Assembly (NCBI RefSeq): GCF_009914755.1
Contig: NC_060932.1
Reading direction: 5' to 3' (one strand)
Origin: the human T2T-CHM13v2.0 reference genome, Homo sapiens
DNA: 64,000 nucleotides
Of the stretch, positions 29,947 to 64,000 are shown piece by piece; positions within the stretch are counted from its first letter, which is position 1; each line of letters starts with the position of its first letter. Under the pieces are notes generated by a model. That model was not told the DNA's origin. It did no database searches and saw only the letters and a program-made list of their open reading frames with translations. A program made the translations under genes and the position numbers.

Positions 29947-32900
29947 TCAACTGGCTCCCTTGAATAAACATAATTCTTAAACTGCTCATATATACTTATT
30001 TTACAAAGTATATCATCACATTTGTTTAGACCAAAGGTATACAGTCTTACCTCTTAAGTTGGAAACTGATTGTATAAAATGCCAAGATTAAGTATCTTTT
30101 AAGATCAAAACCTGGCAACTACATACAAAGTTACATATTAATATTTACTTTAAGAATATCCTGTATAAAATGCAGATCTCCAAAATGTAAACTCAAATGT
30201 ATATTCTGATTAATAATCTAAGTCAGCAACTTTAGTCATGCAAATCTGGTTATTGATGACTACAAATATATCAGAGCAACAAGGATACAATAAAATTTAT
30301 CAATAATAGTATAGAAACATTGGCTCTTATTCTAAAGATAGTATCAGTTTTAAAAACAGAACTATAACTTACTTTTGAAACTACGTAGGATTATTTAAAA
30401 GGATTTTAAGTTCAAAAAATTTAGTCTTAACAGTAAATGTGCTTATCACAACATAAATAAATATTTATAATGATTTAAAAAATGTGTATTACTGGCTAGC
30501 ACCATAAACAGTACAATAGATAATTCCAAAAATCTCTCTGAATAATTGCACTGACTATGATATTAGATTAAAAACTAGGTGCTGAACTTTCAACACTGTT
30601 TATTTAAGTAAAGTCTTTGGGCCCAAATCCACAATGCTGCAACACAAATAAAAGGGTTATTTCCTCAGCTACATTTGTGATCATTTTAATAATTTTAAAA
30701 GCATTTTCATTTAAGTATTAAGTTATAATTTACAGCAAACTAAGTCTCAAATATCACATTTTATGCTTAATTAGCATAAGAAATATAATACATCATAATA
30801 TAACCTTTCCATCTTAATATAAAATATAATAATACAAAAGGGAGAAAAATCTTCAAAATGAACCACCTCTCCTATGCTATTAATTTCGCTAATAACTGTA
30901 AAACTTTGTCCCCAATTATTGAAAAAAAAAGAACTTACAATTATCATTAAAGGTGAAATAATTGCTACATCATGCATGAACTACCCCCCAAATCCGGTGA
31001 AATAATAAGCTTAGCTATAAAGGAAAGAAATCCACTAATGAGTGTTCACTAGCACAGGCACATTTATGTTTTCGGATTTAGCATATTTTCAAACCATCTG
31101 GCATTAATGCCTCTCTGGTTCACCCAGCCTAATCTGTTCAGAATTGAATATAAAACCAGAGCTACATGAACATTGAGGAAACCAAAGAACAGCACACGTG
31201 CATAAAATGTTCCAAATGTAAAGTTCTAAACTAGTTTCTATTTGAACTGTATCTTTAAAACATTTCCATTGAAGACGTTAAAGCTCTTTCGAAAATACAA
31301 GAATGGTTCAAGAAATCTCTATGAATCATCACTATCATCAGTTACCCAAGTATTACCCTTTCTCATTTTAATCCTGATTGTCAAATAAGGCGTCTGAAGA
31401 GGTACTTCAACAAAAAAGATTCATTGATAACTGAAATGCTATCATTTTATATCGAAAAGGTCCACGATTATACATTTTACTTTGTATAAAATTAGTCTGC
31501 TTAGCCTTAACATGCTTTGGGAAAGGAGAGAAAAGCTAAAAGGAAAAAAATATTCATGAAAGCCCTTTTTCTTTTATGTCCTGTTACCGCATTATTGTCA
31601 TTGGCAGCACTCACATTTCTTTTGCTTAAAATCAGGAGTCAGAATTGCTACTTTAGAAATTAAAATAATCGATGGGTATACTAGGGCCAATTTCCCTGTT
31701 AAAACCAACTCCTGCTCACCTTCGCTCCCGACATAAAAACAAATGACTTTTTCAGAATAATTTTTCAGAAACGAAGATAATTAATGTAGCACCATATAAC
31801 ACAAATTAAAGCTTTCAGACAAAGACTGAGAAACAATGACCAACACCAGCAAATCTAAAGTGCTCTTATATATGTATACACACAACACACACACACACCC
31901 CAAACCAAATATTCACTGTTCCTGGGGGGAGACTGCTTCTTCCTCCCTAACCGTGAACCGCTGTATATTTTCCAATTTTGTGATTTTCCTTTTTCTGCTA
32001 TCACATTAACCTCCAAGAGAACTGCTTAAGTTACATGGAATCCCAACCTAATCACATCACGACTTCTCTCTCAGCCTTTACATTTTTCTCTCAAATATTA
32101 GCTCTTCGCATTTTTTTTTTTTTCTAATAGCTGGGCTGAGTTGACAGAAAAGGGCTGTGGAATTCCTGCTCTGTCCGATATCTTCCCTGTATTCCTCTTT
32201 TCTCATCCCTAGTCTCTGTTCTAATTCCCCCGCCTGCTGTCTCTCATTGACGCCTTCCCAGCTGCTGGATCCTTCACTAACCTAAGCTAAGGATATCAAA
32301 TGGAATCTTTTCCTTCTCAGGGGCTATGCTCTTTCCTTACAGTTACCCACGGAGGAGAGAGGACAGGAAAGGTACTAAAACAAAGAATTGCCAAGTCCCT
32401 TTACCTCCAACTTTGGTGTAAATATATAAGGAAAGGGGATCTGCCAGGGCTCTTCTTTCCTGCCCTTAGACCTTGTTCCTCTCACACCTCTCCTTCCCAG
32501 CCTTTTATACCCCTTGAGGTATTAGTAGATTGTTCACTGTGGGCCCTAAGGCTTGGAGGATTCCCATGGGTCAGCCCCCACACCCCCACGCCCCTACCAT
32601 CCTCTTTAATTAACTTCTCCCTAAATCCCAGGGCTTCGTCACAATCGTAATATGGTTCTTAAGGACTCAACTCCCAGTCTTTCCCAAAGTTGGGACATGG
32701 CCTGGCCCCGAAACGGGTGCGCATAGCCTTCCTTGAACTGGAGGTAAAGACTTCTCCTGAAGGGTTTGCTGGGGCTCCAACCTCAGTCAGTGCGCTCAGC
32801 TCCAGCAAGAGAATCTCTCCTTACTCTCAGGGAGACTGGGTCCCCCACGAGGCAGCCACACGCCCCCGGAGGACAGCGCTCCTGACCTCCTCTAGGACTC

Positions 32901-33353
32901 CCAACATTACTGGGGTGCTCCCTCCGGCGGCGCCCTCCGCTGGGAATACGCAGTCTTCACTCCTCTCAACAATCCTAAGTTGCTGGGTCCTCACCAAGGC
33001 AGGGGGCTGAGATGTTCCCTCCAGAGAGCCCCCCGCCCCCAAGCTCTTTCGGTGGCGGAGACACCCAAAAAGAGCGAGGGAGGCTGTGGGTCTGTCTGTC
33101 CCTCTGCGGCGACTACCCAGCCGCGAGGCAGGCCCCGTCCCTCCCCCTCGGACGCCCCACGCCGGGTCCACCCCGCCACCCGCCGCCGCGAGCGGGCTCA
33201 GCCCCAGGGGTCTCTGCTGTGAGGCTGCCCTCCTCCCGCCAGGCCCCGCGCTACTCGCCTTTCCCGTGCCGGCCGCGGACTCTGCGCTCCAGTTCCCACC
33301 CGCAGCCCAGAGTCTCCGGGCCCGCTGGTCGCGGAGCCGGCTCGCGCCACTAC

Positions 33354-33620
33354 CTGCAGGGGCCGCCGCGCCTCTCAGCGCCACGCCGCCGCCATCTTGC
33401 ATTTCAAACCGGCTGCACTTTTCAGGGAGTCAACTCTGACCTGTGAACCCTAAACCCGGAACCGCTCGGCGGGCCCGCAAAGGGGCCTCAGCAGCTCGGT
33501 GGCCCCGCGGAGTGTGGGGACTCAGGGTGGGGGTGCGAGGAGAGGCGCGCGCCCCAGCGGCCGTCCGGGGGCGGAGGGGGAAGGGAGAGAGCCGGCCAAG
33601 GCGGGGCCCTCCCGCGCGCG
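33354..33620 (-). other. ZHX1: ZHX1 exon 1 (non-coding; the 5' end cannot be determined from sequence)
   Basis: Donor CCTGCAG|GTAGTG (GT at 33353-33352) in the CpG island, downstream of GC boxes. Confidence 0.55.
33388..33399 (-). promoter_or_regulatory. YY1 consensus site CAAGATGGCGGC
   Basis: Perfect match in the TSS-proximal downstream position and sense orientation typical for YY1. Confidence 0.8.
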
Positions 33621-34573
33621 CGTCCTCCGCGCGCCCCCACCCCGTGCGGCGCCGAGCTCTCCACGCCCAGACCCTGCTACTCCACTGGGGTCCGACCCCG
33701 GCCCCTAGTCCGGGGATTGGCGCACCGCGGGAGGTAGGGAGGCGCCCCGCCCCCCTGTCAACAGAAGCCCCGCCCCAGACTGCGGAAGCTCCGCCCCCTG
33801 TCAGGAGACGCCCCGCCTTCCCAGGGCTCGAAATGGCCCCGCCCTTTGCCTGCGACCGCTCCGCCCGCTGTGGACTGAAGCCTGGTCTTCTCTCGGGTCA
33901 GCACAGAAGGCAGCCCCGCCTTCCTTGCGCTCCGCCTTCCTAATGTCACTGCTGGATCGTGAGAGGTAAGCATGCTGGCTTCTACTGAAACGCCCCTTGT
34001 CATCACACGCCCATCCCCTGGGGCGACACGACCCAGGCCCCGCCCCTCGGGGGGCTGCTGCGAGTCCGGCCGGGAGCCCAGCGCCCTGACAGAAGTCGCC
34101 GCGCCCCTTGTCAGCGGCAGCTCCACCTCTCCTCGCTTCGGACCCCGCTCCTCCGCGGGCCGCAGCTCCACCCGCTGACACCGAAAGTTCAGTTCAGCTG
34201 CACTCAGAACCGCCGGGCAAGGCGGAGCCGCCCTCTGCCCCTCAGCCGCCCTCCTCCCTGCGAACCGCCACTCGCTCTTCCAGAGGCTTCTGTCCGAGTC
34301 GAGGGCTTCACATCCCGTCGGCTTTCAGGGAACCAGCCCCGCAGCGGGGCCAGCGAGGGCCAGGGGTTTCGGGAACACTGCCCGGCGTCTCCGCCCCTCC
34401 CTACTCACTTTCCCTTTCCCCCGCACCGCGGTCAGAACGTGGAGGAACAGAACCAAAGCGGAGAGCGGCGACTCACCCTCCAGCTGCTCCACACGCCGGG
34501 CCTTGGACGCTCGAGCGCTCCTGGGCCCCTTGACGTTCACTCCCCACCCCCATCCCAGTCGCGGACCCTTTGT

Positions 34574-34645
34574 GCAGAGCTCCGCTGAGCCACAGTAATC
34601 CTAAAAGCACAGCAGAGCTCCGCTGAGCCACATTAATCCTAAAAG
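34574..34645 (+). repeat. Direct tandem duplication, 2 x 34 bp (period 38)
   Basis: GCAGAGCTCCGCTGAGCCACAGTAATCCTAAAAG at 34574-34607 and 34612-34645, with one mismatch. Confidence 0.9.
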
Positions 34646-34672
34646 ATGCAATTGCTTCAAGTGGAAGTCTGA

Positions 34673-46483
<11,811 letters not shown>

Positions 46484-47154
46484 CCATCTGTTTTTAACCT
46501 AATAATTTAATTAACTGCTGGATGCTCTCTTCTTTTATCAATATTTTTATATAAATATAATATTTCTTGGTATTTTATACTTGTTCCCAGAGCTAGTAAA
46601 AAACAAAACAAAACTCCCACAACCTTTCAGTCCTTTCTGCAGTTATTTTGCTGACTGACTATGCAAAGCGTAGAATATACAGTCATAACTAAATGGATTT
46701 CAATCTCAGGAAGGTGCCCAATATGTAAACAATTAACTGTAAGCAAATCAAACTGAAAATTTGTTCTTTCATGGCCTTGGAATGAGATAAATCTAACAGA
46801 AGCAGCTTCTAAAAATATAATCAAGATGATCTTGTATCTTTTAAAAAATAAGCCATTATTAGCAAGATCCTTCTCTCCTTCTGAAGTGTGGGCTTCCCTT
46901 CACCGTAGCTATATGTGCCTCCATTTCTTAGTAAACTCATATCTTTCTATTCTGCTTTCTTAATCCTCTTATCTATTTATCCAGCAATTAAGTCAACTGA
47001 TACCTATTTAGTGCCAACTGGGAATTGATTGTGGTAGGTGCTAGATCTATAATCATAAAACAAAACAAAACAAACTTAGTTCCTGACCTTAAAGAGCCTA
47101 TGATCTCATAGTGAGACAAATATTAAATAAATAAGCATTAAAAAATACCTAGTC

Positions 47155-47462
<308 letters not shown>

Positions 47463-47464
47463 TC

Positions 47465-50622
<3,158 letters not shown>

Positions 50623-50709
50623 ATACCTAGCTAAAAATCATGAAATATGTAATATAGGAATATTGTACATTAAATGAGAGGTTAAAATACGAAGTCTTGT
50701 TTAGATTCA

Positions 50710-54786
<4,077 letters not shown>

Positions 54787-54919
54787 TAGTACTAGAAGTT
54801 TCCTTTTTTTTTGTAGATTCCTTTTTTTTTTGTAGATTCCATTTTCTACACAGATGATCATGCTATATATGAATTTTACTTTTTCCTTTCCAATCTGTAT
54901 GTCTTTTATTTCTGTTTTT

Positions 54920-55410
54920 TAATTATGGTAAAATACACATAACATGAAATTTGCCATCTTAGCCATTTTTAAGTGTTCAGTTCAGTAATGTTAAGAATAT
55001 TCACGTAGTTGTACAACCAATCTCCAGAACTTTGGCATCTTGCAAAACTGAAACTCTGTATCATTCAACGACTCCCCAGAAACAGCCCCTGGCAACCACC
55101 ATTCTACTTTCTGTCTCTATGACTTTGACTACTCTAGATACCTCCTATAGGTGAAATCATATAGGATTTGTCTTTTTGTGATTGGTGCATTTAACTTAGC
55201 AAAATGGCCTCAAGGTTCATTCATACTGTAGCGTATGTCAGAATTTCCTTATTTTTAATGCTGAATAATATTCCTTTGTATGTATATACCACATTTTGCT
55301 TATTCATTCATCCATGGATGGACACCTGGGTTGCTTCCACATTTTAGCTATTGTGAATAATGCTGCTATGAACATGGGTGTACAAATATCTCTTCAAGAT
55401 CCTGCTTTCA
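54920..55410 (-). mobile_element. L1MB-like 3'UTR fragment within the inverted segment
   Basis: Reverse-complement L1M 3' end. It continues the plus-strand fragment that ends at about 53427. Confidence 0.75.
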
Positions 55411-55428
55411 GCCGGGCATAGTGGCTAG

Positions 55429-56597
55429 TGGAAGACAACCTAGACAATACCATTCTGGACATTGGAACAGGCAAAGATTTCATAACAAAAACTTCAAAAG
55501 CAATTGCAACAAAAGCAAAAATTGACAAATGGGATCTAAGGAAAAAGAGCTTCTGCACAGCAAAAGAAACTAGCAAAAGAGAAAACAGACAACCTACAGA
55601 ATGGAAGAAAATATTTGCAAACTATGCACCTGACAAAGGTCTAATATCCAGCATCTATAAGGAACTTGAACAAATTTACAAGCTAAAACCAAACAACTCC
55701 ATTAAAAAGTGGGCAAAGGACGTGAACAGACACTTTTCAAAAGAAGACATTCATGTGGCCAACAAGTGTATGAAAAAAAGTTCAATATCACTGATCTTTA
55801 GAGAAATGCAGATCAAAACCACAATGAGATACCATCTCACACCAGTGAAAATGGCAATTATTAAAGAGAGTAAAAAAATAACAGACACTGGTGAGGTTGT
55901 GGAGAAAAGGGAATGCTTATACACTGTTGGTGGGAGTTTAAATTAATTCAACCACTGTGGAAAGCAGTGTGGCGATTCCTCAAAGAACTAAAAATGGAAC
56001 TACCATTTGACTCAGCAATCCCGTTACTGGGTATATGCCCAAAGGAATATAAATCATTTTATCATAAAGATACATGTATGCAAATATTCACTGCAGCACT
56101 AGTCACAATAGCAAAAACATGGAATCAAGCTAAATGCCCATCAATGACAGACTGGGTAAAGAAAATGTGGTATGTATACATCATGGAATACTGTGCAGCC
56201 ATAAAAAAGAATGAGATCATGTCTTTTGTGGGAACCTGAATGGAGCTGGAGGCCATTGTCCTTAGCAAACTGACACAGAAACAGAAACCAAATACTGCAT
56301 GTTTTCACTTACAAGTGGGAGCTAAATGATGAGAACTCATGGACACAAATAGGGAGACAACAGACACTGGGGTCTACTTGAGGGTGGAGGGTGGGAGGAA
56401 GGAATGTATTTTTTCTAATCCTTTAAGATCAGAAAATAACTGTATTTTTTCTGATCCCAGTAACTAGTATTGAGTACTAGGCTTAGTAACTGTGTGATGA
56501 AATAATCTGTACAACAAACCTTCATGATACAAGTTTACCTGTATAACAAACCTGCACATGTAACCCTGAACCTAAAATAAGTTTTAAAAAAAGGAAA
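55429..56597 (+). mobile_element. 5'-truncated older L1PA (roughly PA13-16-like) ORF2 C-terminus and 3'UTR
   Basis: ORFs 55428-55946 and 55913-56239 translate as the L1 ORF2p C-terminus ([30 protein letters not shown]). G-rich 3'UTR and A-tail. Confidence 0.9.
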
Positions 56598-59000
<2,403 letters not shown>

Positions 59001-59174
59001 GTATGCCAATTATATAATTATTATGTCAATTATATATATATTCTTTAAAACATACTTCATACCAAGTACAAAATACCATATACAATATATACCTATCAAT
59101 TAATGAAGAACTTATATACACACACACACACACGCACACATACATATATGTATATTAATGAAGAAAAAAAGTGT

Positions 59175-60172
59175 TGATCTGATTCACAGATGGATCTATA
59201 CAGTATGCAGGCACCAACCCCAAAAGTGGATGACTACTGTGCTACAAATCCCACTTAGGGGTAACCTTGAAAGACGATAGTTAAGGGAAATTATCCCAGC
59301 AGGCAAGAACTTTGGTATATCTAGTAATCCATATCATGTAAAAGGAGAGAGACCCTGAGGTATTGATCTACACTGGACTATGAGAAGTGGATAATGGGTT
59401 GGCTGACTGGTCAAGGACTTGAAGGGAATGAAATTGGAAAATTGGTGGCATGAAGTTTTTGGAAAAAGTAAATAGGTATGTAGAGTGTGTGAATTATTAA
59501 ATGTCTATCAAAGAGTATTCAAACCAGAAAACCTCTCATTGATCAGTTGACAAGATGATCTCATCCTGTAGATGTTAGTTTCTTTCCTTAGCCATCCCAG
59601 TGCTCACTGAAAGGTTTTTACAAAGTGATCATGGCAGTAGGAATGGAGGCTATGCAAGCACTCAACAAAATGGTCTTGTCCTCATCAAGGCTGACCCACC
59701 TACTACCTCTGCTGAGTAGTACCAAAACAGCTAAGAGCAAGATCAATACTGAGGCCCCAGTATGGCACTATTACCCAGGGAGAACGGCTGGCTACCTGGT
59801 GGGAATTGGAAGAGGAAGCACTTTGTTCTCACAGCAATGGAAACACCAGAAAATAAAGTATCGGAACATATCTGAATATTGATTTATGATTCCTTACCAT
59901 AGTGCGTCCACCAGTACCATCATCTGTGAACATAGATTGCCGTAACCATCTTTGGGGTATTCCATACAACTTCATCTCTGATCAGGAGATGTTTTTATGG
60001 CAAACAATGTAGGCAATAAGCTTACCTCCCAGAATTCATTTGTCTTACCATGTATCCTACCACCTAGAAGCAGCTAGCTTGATAGAACAGTGAACTGACC
60101 TGTGAAGACTGTTATGGCATTGGGGGGAGACAACATTGAATTTGGGGTGGGGTCCTACAGGATGCAGCATAT
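59175..60172 (+). mobile_element. ERV-L/MaLR internal (pol-like) remnant
   Basis: Decayed RNaseH/integrase-like sequence (ACAGATGGATCT..., TCTGATCAGG..., CCACCTAGAAGCAGCTAGCTTGATAGAACAGTG). No intact ORF. Confidence 0.5.
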
Positions 60173-60189
60173 ATTGTTTTTTTTCCACT

Positions 60190-64000
<3,811 letters not shown>

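Larger units (their letters stand above)
32850..34600. promoter_or_regulatory. CpG island / ZHX1 promoter
   Basis: Dense CpG, many CCGCCC GC boxes and a YY1 site. Confidence 0.9.

Noticed and set aside
32300-34540. Many 100-190 aa ORFs on both strands at the ZHX1 promoter
   Set aside because: Low-complexity P/R/G/A translations typical of CpG islands, with no recognisable domain.
55428-56239. 172-aa and 108-aa ORFs
   Set aside because: Frameshifted L1 ORF2p C-terminal remnant of a truncated element.

Overview
This is repeat-rich primate genomic DNA, most likely human chr8q24.13 (inferred from gene identity). It holds the CpG-island promoter and first coding exon of C8orf76 (minus strand, 367-483). 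It also holds the complete ZHX1 gene on the minus strand: non-coding exon 1 near 33.4 kb, exon 2 at 26411-26524, a single coding exon at 12460-15309 encoding 873 aa, and a 3'UTR exon at about 7590-9458. ZHX1 intron 2 carries three small-RNA pseudogenes (tRNA-Phe, U6, U13). Upstream of ZHX1 lie a full-length HSD17B4 processed pseudogene (47.5-50.6 kb) and many Alu, L1, LTR and DNA-transposon remnants. Top observations: (1) One AUG at the end of ZHX1 exon 2 (MLRKLWQ, phase 0) can be spliced either onto C8orf76, as in the known read-through, or onto ZHX1 exon 3, giving a 31-aa basic, acid-free uORF peptide in a leader crowded with uORFs. (2) A 104-bp piece of the ZHX1 3'UTR is copied into an intronic LTR. 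(3) A ~740-bp inversion (54689-55426) can be reconstructed from split repeats and has inverted duplications at both breakpoints. (4) Two L1 remnants share a probable gene-conversion tract. (5) Retrotransposon target sites have been re-used in nested fashion. No wholly new gene family is evident. Repeat subfamily names come from recalled consensus sequences and their boundaries are approximate.
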